NCBI GenBank assembly: GCA_964408775.1
Contig: CAYPAP010000002.1
Coordinates: forward strand, 1,109-65,108
Direction: 5' to 3'
From: an uncultured Gammaproteobacteria bacterium
Lineage (GTDB): Bacteria > Patescibacteriota > Patescibacteriia > Patescibacteriales > UBA12465
DNA length: 64,000 nucleotides
In this document: one piece after another, positions 8,338 to 16,405 of the stretch
Numbering within the stretch: position 1 is the first letter of the stretch
Layout: the number at the start of each line of letters is the position of its first letter
Notes under the pieces: model-generated
The model's input: the letters and a program-made list of their open reading frames with translations, nothing else
The model's database searches: none
Told to the model about the DNA's origin: nothing
Made by a program: the position numbers and the translations under genes

Positions 8338-11300
8338 ATGGAAATTAGGTCTAGATTTCATTTTTTTCGTCAATTCAACTTAAATTACTTAGATAGCTCG
8401 GCTACTACGCAGGTGCCCGATTTGGTTGTTCAGTCGGTTGATAGAATTTTGAATTACCGAGGCAATCCTAGTCGTAGCTCTCATGCTGTTGCCTCGCGTA
8501 ATGAGGATCTCTTGGAAGAAGCTCGGGAAAATATTGGAAGATTTATTGGTGCTAGTAATTCGGAAATTGCCTTTTCTGGCAATGCTACTGGAGCAACCAA
8601 TTTAGCAGTTGATTCCATTTCTCATTTAATTGAATCAGGCGATGAAATAATTCTCTCTATCTCTGAACATAATTCCAATATGCTACCTTATTTAAAATTA
8701 GTAAAAAAGGGAGCTAGGATTAGAATTGTGGATATTAAGGATGGCCTTATCGACATCTCTAGTTTTAAGAAAATATTAAACTCCAAAACCCGCTTAGTAG
8801 CCCTAAATCATTGTTCTAATGTTTTAGGGAATATCAATAACGTCGCCGAAATCGGAAAGATTATTAAAAAATTTAATTCTAACATTTTCTATATTATTGA
8901 CGGAACTCAGGCTATTGCTCATTTGCCAGTCAATGTTAAAGATATTTTAGCTGATTTCTATACTTTCTCTAGTCATAAGGCTTATGGACCGGATGGCGTT
9001 GGTATTTTGTATATTAACGAAAATATTCATCATAAATTATTACCGACTCAGGCTGGAGGCGGAACAGTTAAAAATGTCGCCATTAGTTTTGGTAAAGATT
9101 ATGATGTTGTTTCCCCTGAGTATCATCAATCTTTAGCTACTTTAGAGGGTGGAACACCCAACACTTCCAATATTGTTGGTTTGTCTAAGGCTATAAATTT
9201 TCTTCGCTCCATTGGTTTAGAGGAGATCAGAAATCATGAAATGGAATTATTGCAATATTTGATAGCGGGCTTGAAGGAGTTTGAAGAAATAAAAATTTTT
9301 GGACCAAAGAATATTGATGATAAGATTGGATTATTATCTTTTGGTTTGGAAAATTTTAGCGTCAAGGAGTTGGGTGATCACTTAGCTAAGCAGAAAATTT
9401 GTGTTCGTTATGGTTCACATTGTGCCTTTCCTTTGACGGAAAAACTAGGACAAGAAAGTTTGCGTATTAGTTTTGGTGTATATAATGAAAAAGAAGATGT
9501 TGACCACCTCTTGGGTGAGATGAGGTCTTTTTTTGATAGAAAAAAAGGATTAAAAGTTAATCCCAACCTAGATGCTTTGCGTAGCAAAATTTATTACAAA
9601 AATACAGTAATTGTTAATAATATTCAAGCTATTGTTAATAAGGTGAGATCTGCTATTTATAGCCCTAGAGAAACGGCCGTGGCTGTCATGGGTGGGCATT
9701 TTTTGGCAGTGCCTGATATGCAGGAAAATAAGTTTTGGCCCAGTATTAAAACTATGCTACCAGAGCGCCTACATGGCCTCTTGGAGGAGTTTGGCATGAC
9801 TAGTTTTCCTTTATATACTTGGGAATTGGCTTGTAAAACAGTGGCTGATTTAAAAAAGGATGGAGTAACGGCTAAGTTGGTAATAATAGCCAATGACACT
9901 ACTGGTATCAATGAATTGCGCCTATCTTCAGCTAATAAGGCTGGTAAAACAGCCGATGATTATCGTCAGGAATTATTAGAGCAATTTGCTGGTAAAGAGG
10001 GGATTCCAGATGAATATTTAAGTATTGCCAAAAAATATAATTTAAGCAAAAAAGATATTTTGAAAAGTGGTTCGGATTATTTTATGCGAGAAACAATTTT
10101 GCGAGCCAACTTCAAAAATTTTATTAGTAAGAATAAGGATTATTTTTCTGGGATCATTGATTATGTTGGTGATGATGAAAATATTGATTTATCTATCAAT
10201 GTTTTGGATAATCAGCAAATTAAGACCTGTAATTTTCAAACCTTTAATTCTAAAACTGGGGGTAAGTTTTGCATTGTAGAAGTAGCAGAATTTATAGCCG
10301 AGCTTTTTGGTAAGGCCAAGGATGTTGCTTTTAAATATTTAAATACCAAGGTTATAAAACCAAAATTTGATTTCAAGCATAAGATGTTGATCGCCTTTAC
10401 TCCGGCGATGTGTGATAATGCGGTTACTAGAGCAGGGGAGCTTTATACCAAAATTTTCTTGCAGGAGCAGGGCTTGGGTTCTTTTAAATTTTTTAATATT
10501 CCTTTGGGGCCAAATAGTCAGAGAAGTTTAGCCGTTGGTTTAGAAATGAGATATATTTCCGATAAAGACTCTATTGAAGAAATAAATATAGATAAGTATC
10601 CAAATCCAGCAGAGTTATGGAGATTAACAGAATATAATTTATTGTATGATAGCAATGCTTATGCTGAAGAAGTAGAAAAGATTTTTGGCGAGATTGGAAT
10701 TAATAAGGAATCAAAAATTTTGGATACTTGTGTTGGTCCAGGATTTCTTTCTACCGAATTATTACAAAAGAAATATAATTTAAGAACAGCTGATATAAGT
10801 TTGGAAACAATTATTCCTTTTGAGAATAGATTGAAGGAGTTAGGAATTAAACATGATGTTGTGCGGTCTTCTTGGTTAGAGCTGGGTAAACATTTTCCAG
10901 ATCAATCCTTCGATATGATCTTTAATCGTGGTAATACTATTATTTATGCTAATGGGGGATGGGATGAGCATGTGAAAGTAGATAAAAATAAAACATTAAA
11001 AATACTAGAAAAAACTTTAAAGGTTTATTATAATTTATTAAAGCCAGGCGGATATTTATATGTGGATAAATTTAGAGATTCAGAAATTCCAGATAGTAAA
11101 ACGGCTGCTCGCTTAAATATAAAAGATGAGGGGATTAAAAAGGATTTAATTTTTAACGTTGAAAGAAAACCTCAAGAAGGAATTCGTTCTGCTAGCTTAA
11201 CCTTGAGGGATAATGATTATTCAGAAAATTTCTTGAGCTCGGTTGCTTATGATTTAAGTGAAGATGAGCTATCTGACTTATTAAAAAAAGTTGGTTTTAG

Positions 11301-11364
11301 TGAGATTAAAAAAATAAAGCTTGAAGAAGAAAAGCATTTCGTTGTTTGGTTGGCACAAAAATAA
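8338..11364 (+). CDS. Three-module protein: class-V aminotransferase / SufS-like cysteine desulfurase, conserved unknown core, and SAM-dependent (GNMT-like) methyltransferase
   Basis: N-terminus: YLDSSATTQ, the PLP-lysine motif FSSHKAYGPDGVGILY and the active-site Cys loop VRYGSHCAFPL. Middle (aa ~430-770): GHFLAVPD, FGMTSFPLYT, IANDTTGINEL and FNSKTGGKFCIVEVAEF, which I could not assign. C-terminus: motif I ILDTCVGPGF, then FDMIFNRGN and LKPGGYLYVDKF. Confidence 0.8.
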   Translation: MEIRSRFHFFRQFNLNYLDSSATTQVPDLVVQSVDRILNYRGNPSRSSHAVASRNEDLLEEARENIGRFIGASNSEIAFSGNATGATNLAVDSISHLIESGDEIILSISEHNSNMLPYLKLVKKGARIRIVDIKDGLIDISSFKKILNSKTRLVALNHCSNVLGNINNVAEIGKIIKKFNSNIFYIIDGTQAIAHLPVNVKDILADFYTFSSHKAYGPDGVGILYINENIHHKLLPTQAGGGTVKNVAISFGKDYDVVSPEYHQSLATLEGGTPNTSNIVGLSKAINFLRSIGLEEIRNHEMELLQYLIAGLKEFEEIKIFGPKNIDDKIGLLSFGLENFSVKELGDHLAKQKICVRYGSHCAFPLTEKLGQESLRISFGVYNEKEDVDHLLGEMRSFFDRKKGLKVNPNLDALRSKIYYKNTVIVNNIQAIVNKVRSAIYSPRETAVAVMGGHFLAVPDMQENKFWPSIKTMLPERLHGLLEEFGMTSFPLYTWELACKTVADLKKDGVTAKLVIIANDTTGINELRLSSANKAGKTADDYRQELLEQFAGKEGIPDEYLSIAKKYNLSKKDILKSGSDYFMRETILRANFKNFISKNKDYFSGIIDYVGDDENIDLSINVLDNQQIKTCNFQTFNSKTGGKFCIVEVAEFIAELFGKAKDVAFKYLNTKVIKPKFDFKHKMLIAFTPAMCDNAVTRAGELYTKIFLQEQGLGSFKFFNIPLGPNSQRSLAVGLEMRYISDKDSIEEINIDKYPNPAELWRLTEYNLLYDSNAYAEEVEKIFGEIGINKESKILDTCVGPGFLSTELLQKKYNLRTADISLETIIPFENRLKELGIKHDVVRSSWLELGKHFPDQSFDMIFNRGNTIIYANGGWDEHVKVDKNKTLKILEKTLKVYYNLLKPGGYLYVDKFRDSEIPDSKTAARLNIKDEGIKKDLIFNVERKPQEGIRSASLTLRDNDYSENFLSSVAYDLSEDELSDLLKKVGFSEIKKIKLEEEKHFVVWLAQK

Positions 11365-11370
11365 ATTTTA

Positions 11371-11445
11371 AGGGAGGTAGTTCAGCCAGGTAGAGCGACG
11401 ATTTTACATATCGTGGGTCGGCGTGTTCGAATCCACCCCTCCCTA
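11371..11445 (+). tRNA. tRNA-Val (anticodon TAC), no encoded CCA, atypical T-arm
   Basis: Acceptor AGGGAGG/CCTCCCT. D-arm GTTC-AGCCAGGTA-GAGC. Anticodon arm ACGAT-TTTACAT-ATCGT. Variable loop GGGTC. The T region GGCGTGTTCGAATCCACC is 18 nt, contains TTCGAAT, and does not fold into a clean 5-bp stem. Confidence 0.7.
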
Positions 11446-11485
11446 CTCTTTCTGTGTTTTTATTATATTGATAATTAAAATTAAT

Positions 11486-14400
11486 ATGAATTTAAAATCA
11501 AAATTTCCATTTTTCAGAAACAATTCTTTAGTTTATTTAGATAGCGCTGCGACTACTCAGACCCCAGCTCAGGTTATTAATGTTGCTCATTCTGGTTTGG
11601 AAAACAAAGGAAACCCTAATAGAAGTTCTCATATAATAGCCTCTAAAAATGAAGAAAAAATTGATTTAGCAAGAGAGAACGTAGCTAGATTTATAAACTG
11701 CAACAAATCTGAAATTGTTTTTACTAAAAATACCACTGATTCTATAAATATTTTTGTTGATTCTATTTTAAAGCAAATTAAAAAGGGCGATGAAATAATT
11801 TTATCAATAGCAGAACATCACTCTAATATGCTTCCCTATAGAAAGATGATAGACAAGGGGGCTATTTTTAGATTTGTTGGCCTAAAAGATGGGATAGTTG
11901 ATGTTAGTGATTTAAAAAGTAAAATTTCTTCTAAAACAAAAATCGTTTCGCTTCAACACTCATCTAATGTTTTGGGTGGAATTAATCCGGTTGAAAAAAT
12001 TGGCAGTATTATCAAGAAATTTAATAAAGATATTATATATATCATTGACGCGGCTAATTCAATTTCCCATATTCCAGTTGATGTCAAAAAAATAAAATGT
12101 GATTTTTGTGCTTTTTCTTCGCATAAAATGTATGGCCCCGATGGAGTTGGGGTTTTATTTGCTTCTAAGAAGTTTTGGCCTTTAATGGAGATGGTTAATC
12201 TTGGTGGGGGAGTAGTTAGTGACGCCTCTGTGGTCAAAAATAAAAAGGGGGATAGACTTGTTTTAGATTTATTACCAGGATTGATTGGTTTGGACGGGGG
12301 AACTCCAAACGTCTCCAATATAATAGCTTTGTCAGAGGCGATTAATTTTATTCGTTCAATATCTTATAGCGAGATAAGAAAGCATGAATTAGAGCTTTTA
12401 AAATTAATTATTGAAAAATTAAATGAGATAGAAGGAGTTATTGTTTATGGGCCCAAAGACTTGAATTATAAAGTTGGTTTAGTTTCCTTTTCTATTGAAA
12501 ATGAGGCGGTTAAAAATATTGGAGAACATTTTAATAGGAGAAGGATTTGTATTAGATACGGATCTCATTGTGCTTTTCCTTTGTCTGATGAAATAGGGGC
12601 AGAAACTATTAGAGTTAGTCTGGGGTGTTACAATGATGAGGATGATGTTGAGAAATTTATCCAAGAACTTAGATTCTATTTAGATAAAAAGAGAGGTTTA
12701 ATTAAAAATAAAAATTTAGAAGAAATTAGAGATATTCCTTATTATCGGAGTTTATTACCGGTTCAAAAATCTTCAAGTATTATTAATTTAATTAAGAAGT
12801 CTATAAATGAGAATAGCAAGGCAGAGGTTATTATTCAGGCAGGTCATTTTTTAGCAATACCAGATTTAAGGTCAAATTCTTTTTATCCTAGTATCAGGGA
12901 GTTATTACCAGAACACTTGCATGGATTATTGGATGAGTTTGGTATGACTAGCTTTCCTCTTTTTACATTCGATCTTGGATGTCAAATAATTAGTGAGTTA
13001 AAAGAATCGGGAATTAAAGCTAAGATTTTAATTGTCGCCAACGACACCACGGGTATAAATGAGCTTAAGAACTCGGAAGCTAATAAAAATAATAAGACGG
13101 CTGAGGAGTATAGAGAAGAATTTTTGTCTAGATTCGATAATAAAAAAATTCCAGATTGTTATTCTGCGATTTTGAATAAGTATTCTTTGTCATTGGATAA
13201 TATTTTAAAGTTTGACGACAAATATTATACTAGGGAGTCATTATTGAGAGGAAGATTTAAAAAATTTATTGATAAAAATAAAGAATATTTTTCTGGAATG
13301 ATCGATTACTCCGGGGAGGGTGATAAAATTGATGTCGGTATAAAGATTTTAGATAATCAGAATATAAAAACTTGTCGCTTTAACACTTTTAATTCTAAGA
13401 CAGGGGGAAGATTTTGTATAGTTGAAATTGCTCAGTTGATAGCTGAAATTTTTGGTAGTCCCGGATATCTCAATTGGAAATATTTAAGTAATTTTGTTAA
13501 GGGTTCTAAATCTAGCGCCAAGGAAAAAATCTTTGTTATGTTGACCCCAGAGATGTGCAATAAAGCGGTTATTAGCGGGGCCGAGCTTTATATTAAACTT
13601 TTTTTAAGAGAAAATGATCCAGGATCTTTTAAGTACTTTAATTTTCAGTTTGGACCAGATTCAGAGAAATCTTTAGCCCTAGGAACTGACGGAACTTATT
13701 TGTCTAACAAAGGAAAATTACTTGAAATTAAGACGCCAAATAATCCCAATTTTGCGGAGTTATGGAAATTGGTCGAATATAATCTTTTATATGATATAGA
13801 TGATTATTTCCAAGATATGGTTAATTTATTTCAGAATATTAAAATAAAAAAAGACTCAAAGATTCTTGATACCTGTGTCGGGCCAGGATTCTTTACTAGA
13901 GAACTTATTGAGAGTGGATATGATGTTTCAACTATGGATATAAGTGATGAAAATGTAAAGCCATTTTTGGAAGATATGAAGTCCCTGGGCTTAAAGCATG
14001 AAGTTAAAAAATGTTCTTGGCTGGATATTGATAAGAACTTTAAAGAAGGGGAGTTTGATTTTGTTTATAATCGTGGTAACTCTTTTATATTTGCTAATGG
14101 TGGATTATTAGAAAATAAGAATATAGACAAAAAGGAGACGCTTAGTAAAATGAAAGAGACCTTGGTAAAATATTATAAAGTTTTAAAACCAGGAGGGTAT
14201 TTATATTTAGATAAATACAAAGACTCCGAGGTTCCTTCTGAAAAAATAGTTGCTAAATTAAACATAGAAAAGGAAAAGAAGACAAAAGACGTTGTTTTTT
14301 ATGTTGAAAGGAATCCTGATAAGAGGTACAGATATGCTTCAATTATTCTAAGAGATGAACAGGGTGATAATTCAACTGTATTTAATAAGGTTTATGACCT

Positions 14401-14506
14401 TACGGAAAGCGAATTAGAAAATCTTTTAAGGGAGGTTGGTTTTAAGTTTAAAAGATTGAACTTAAAGTCAGAAAAACATTTTGTGGTTTGGTTAGCACAG
14501 AAATAA
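11486..14506 (+). CDS. Paralog of 8338..11364: cysteine desulfurase-like, unknown core, methyltransferase
   Basis: Start moved to ATG 11486 (MNLKSKFPFF aligns with MEIRSRFHFF). The 11423 start would overlap the tRNA. The same motifs are present: FSSHKMYGPDGVGVLF, IRYGSHCAFPL, GHFLAIPD, FGMTSFPLFT, VANDTTGINEL, FNSKTGGRFCIVEIA and ILDTCVGPGF, and the C-terminus EKHFVVWLAQK is identical. Confidence 0.8.
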   Translation: MNLKSKFPFFRNNSLVYLDSAATTQTPAQVINVAHSGLENKGNPNRSSHIIASKNEEKIDLARENVARFINCNKSEIVFTKNTTDSINIFVDSILKQIKKGDEIILSIAEHHSNMLPYRKMIDKGAIFRFVGLKDGIVDVSDLKSKISSKTKIVSLQHSSNVLGGINPVEKIGSIIKKFNKDIIYIIDAANSISHIPVDVKKIKCDFCAFSSHKMYGPDGVGVLFASKKFWPLMEMVNLGGGVVSDASVVKNKKGDRLVLDLLPGLIGLDGGTPNVSNIIALSEAINFIRSISYSEIRKHELELLKLIIEKLNEIEGVIVYGPKDLNYKVGLVSFSIENEAVKNIGEHFNRRRICIRYGSHCAFPLSDEIGAETIRVSLGCYNDEDDVEKFIQELRFYLDKKRGLIKNKNLEEIRDIPYYRSLLPVQKSSSIINLIKKSINENSKAEVIIQAGHFLAIPDLRSNSFYPSIRELLPEHLHGLLDEFGMTSFPLFTFDLGCQIISELKESGIKAKILIVANDTTGINELKNSEANKNNKTAEEYREEFLSRFDNKKIPDCYSAILNKYSLSLDNILKFDDKYYTRESLLRGRFKKFIDKNKEYFSGMIDYSGEGDKIDVGIKILDNQNIKTCRFNTFNSKTGGRFCIVEIAQLIAEIFGSPGYLNWKYLSNFVKGSKSSAKEKIFVMLTPEMCNKAVISGAELYIKLFLRENDPGSFKYFNFQFGPDSEKSLALGTDGTYLSNKGKLLEIKTPNNPNFAELWKLVEYNLLYDIDDYFQDMVNLFQNIKIKKDSKILDTCVGPGFFTRELIESGYDVSTMDISDENVKPFLEDMKSLGLKHEVKKCSWLDIDKNFKEGEFDFVYNRGNSFIFANGGLLENKNIDKKETLSKMKETLVKYYKVLKPGGYLYLDKYKDSEVPSEKIVAKLNIEKEKKTKDVVFYVERNPDKRYRYASIILRDEQGDNSTVFNKVYDLTESELENLLREVGFKFKRLNLKSEKHFVVWLAQK

Positions 14507-14533
14507 TTATTATTTAATTATTGGGTAATATTA

Positions 14534-14565
14534 AAAACCCCGGTCCTTGTGGACTGGGGTTTGGT
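14534..14565. terminator. Bidirectional Rho-independent terminator between convergent genes
   Basis: An A5 run, then stem CCCCGGTCC / GGACTGGGG (one G-U pair) with loop TTGT, then a T-rich tract. Confidence 0.6.
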
Positions 14566-14582
14566 TTGTACTTTTTTTGACC

Positions 14583-14792
14583 CTATTTCTCCGGGTCTTT
14601 TTCTTTTACAACTTCCCTGATTTCCTCTCCCAGGCCATGGGATTGGTTTCGTGCTATAACAGCACTCACAGCTCCTCGCATCATATTCTTGCGAGTCATG
14701 GAGATCTCCTCCAGAAAAGCCTTTTTTTCTTCCGGGGTTGGCAGGGCATTATACGCGGCCTGCATAGCTGGTGATAATTCTTCGAATCTCAT
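14583..14792 (-). CDS. Small hypothetical protein, GC-shifted
   Basis: 69-aa ORF overlapping the 3' end of the upstream gene by 44 nt in another frame. It has the same elevated GC as its neighbour. Confidence 0.4.
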   Translation of the reverse strand: MRFEELSPAMQAAYNALPTPEEKKAFLEEISMTRKNMMRGAVSAVIARNQSHGLGEEIREVVKEKDPEK

Positions 14793-15594
14793 CTTGTGTA
14801 TTTTTGGTTAGTAATTCGAACATTTTTTGGTCGTACTCTTTTATGATGTATTCTTTATACTCTTCTTTTTTAGTCAGAAACCATAAGAAGAAATACGAAT
14901 TAACATCTTTGCGTTTCCCTAAAATACTTTTTGCCAATTCAATAGCTTCTTTGTCTCTTCCTAGCAGGAGGAGAACCGAAGACATATTTTCCTCGATCAT
15001 CATCATTTCGGGGCAGCAGGCTTGGGCTTCTTGCAAAATCTCCAAATAGATATCAGCCCTCCCGGTTCTCTCATGAATTAGGTGGCCGTGGCTCACCAGG
15101 TAAGAGGCATAAAGTGCTCCCCAGGGCTCGTAACTGGAAACACGAGGGTGTTTCAGTTTGCTTGGTAGCGGGGAAACATATTTGAATAGGGGATCAAATT
15201 GCGATCCGTCTTCAAATACCACTACTGCATGAGGAGCCTCATACTGGATAATTTCCTGTATAAAGCTAACGTCTTCCCATTTTCGGGGACTTGCCTCGTT
15301 CATGAGGATATTTCGCAGTAGATCCTCCTGGACCTCTCCATAGAAAACCTTTTCCCGTGGGAAATATTTTTCCAGAAGAACAACCGCCCTTAAGGTTCGG
15401 CCAAAGCAACTATTATCACTAAGTGACGTGTTGATTTCGGCGACCTTTTTTTCTGCAAAAGCTGGTCCAGCAGTCATATCCCACCCCACTGAATAAAGAA
15501 AATCAAGAGGACTCTTTTCTCCGGGGTAATGGTTATTATCCCCATAAAGCTCTCTGGCTTTATCTTGGAATTCTGTAAAAGAAAGTTTTTTCAT
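14749..15594 (-). CDS. Hypothetical protein, GC-shifted (candidate acquired gene)
   Basis: 281-aa ORF. Hand count of line 15061-15120 gives 33/60 G+C. No motif recognised. Confidence 0.6.
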   Translation of the reverse strand: MKKLSFTEFQDKARELYGDNNHYPGEKSPLDFLYSVGWDMTAGPAFAEKKVAEINTSLSDNSCFGRTLRAVVLLEKYFPREKVFYGEVQEDLLRNILMNEASPRKWEDVSFIQEIIQYEAPHAVVVFEDGSQFDPLFKYVSPLPSKLKHPRVSSYEPWGALYASYLVSHGHLIHERTGRADIYLEILQEAQACCPEMMMIEENMSSVLLLLGRDKEAIELAKSILGKRKDVNSYFFLWFLTKKEEYKEYIIKEYDQKMFELLTKNTQDEIRRIITSYAGRV

Positions 15595-15754
15595 TTTTTC
15601 GTCTTTGTTTGTTTGAAATTAGGTTAATTATTCATTTCACCTAAAATAGGAAAAATCAATAATTAACCCAATTAAAAGACTTTTTAAGGAACATGGTCGT
15701 ATTATAGCATATTTTATATAAAAAGTCAATGGTTTGCGTAGGTCGTTTTTTGTA

Positions 15755-15783
15755 TTGACAAATAAATAAAAATGATATACAAT
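15755..15783 (+). promoter_or_regulatory. Sigma-70 promoter of the relB/yafQ-like operon
   Basis: TTGACA (15755-15760), a 17-nt spacer, then TACAAT (15778-15783). Confidence 0.55.
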
Positions 15784-15816
15784 ATTTATAGATTAAAATT
15801 AATCAATAAAAACAAT

Positions 15817-16101
15817 ATGAGCACTAAAAACAATCAACAACTACAAATCCGTATCGATGCTAAAACCAAAAAAGAGACAAAAATTATTCTAGATAATTTA
15901 GGTATGGATATGAGCTCGGCAGTTAAATTATTTTTCCGTCAAATTATTAACTCCAAAAATATTCCTTTTGAGCTCCGAGATGAAAATGGTCTAACTCTAC
16001 GTAATGCTGAGAAGATACGAGAAGGAATTATTGAGACTAAAAATAGTCCCAAGTCTTTTAAATCTGGCTCAGCTCTACTTAAAGATGCTTTAAAGAAATA
16101 A
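15817..16101 (+). CDS. relB: RelB/DinJ family antitoxin
   Basis: Start moved to ATG 15817, because the 15772 ATG lies inside the promoter. LQIRIDAKTKKETKIILDNLGMDMSSAVKLFFRQIINSKNIPFEL matches the DinJ ribbon-helix-helix pattern. Confidence 0.8.
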   Translation: MSTKNNQQLQIRIDAKTKKETKIILDNLGMDMSSAVKLFFRQIINSKNIPFELRDENGLTLRNAEKIREGIIETKNSPKSFKSGSALLKDALKK

Positions 16102-16119
16102 TTTTTTTAAATAGATATT

Positions 16120-16392
16120 ATGTTGGACCTAAAATATTCTAGTCATTTTAAAAGAGACCTAAAGTCTTTGACTAAAAACAAAGACCTTCTTTTAGAATTA
16201 GAGAATGTTTTAGATATTTTAATTTCTGAACAAAAATTACCGGTCAAAAACAAAAATCATCAATTGAAAGGAGAGTTTAAGGGATGTTTTGAGTGCCATA
16301 TCAAGCCTGACGTTTTACTTATATACAAAAAAGATAAAAAAGAAAAAACTATTAATCTCCTTAGAATAGGATCGCATTCAAGTTTATTTTAA
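16120..16392 (+). CDS. yafQ: YafQ/RelE family mRNA interferase toxin
   Basis: HQLKGEFKGCFECHIKPDVLLIYKKD...LLRIGSHSSLF matches the YafQ signature (H-x-L-x-G...ECHI-x-PD-x-LLIY...GSHS-x-LF). Confidence 0.85.
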   Translation: MLDLKYSSHFKRDLKSLTKNKDLLLELENVLDILISEQKLPVKNKNHQLKGEFKGCFECHIKPDVLLIYKKDKKEKTINLLRIGSHSSLF

Positions 16393-16405
16393 TTATATTT
16401 TTATT

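Noticed and set aside
11423-11485. N-terminal extension of the second three-module gene (MFESTPPYSFCVFIILIIKIN)
   Set aside because: It overlaps the 3' part of the tRNA-Val gene. The paralog alignment starts at the internal Met (MNLKSKFPFF versus MEIRSRFHFF).
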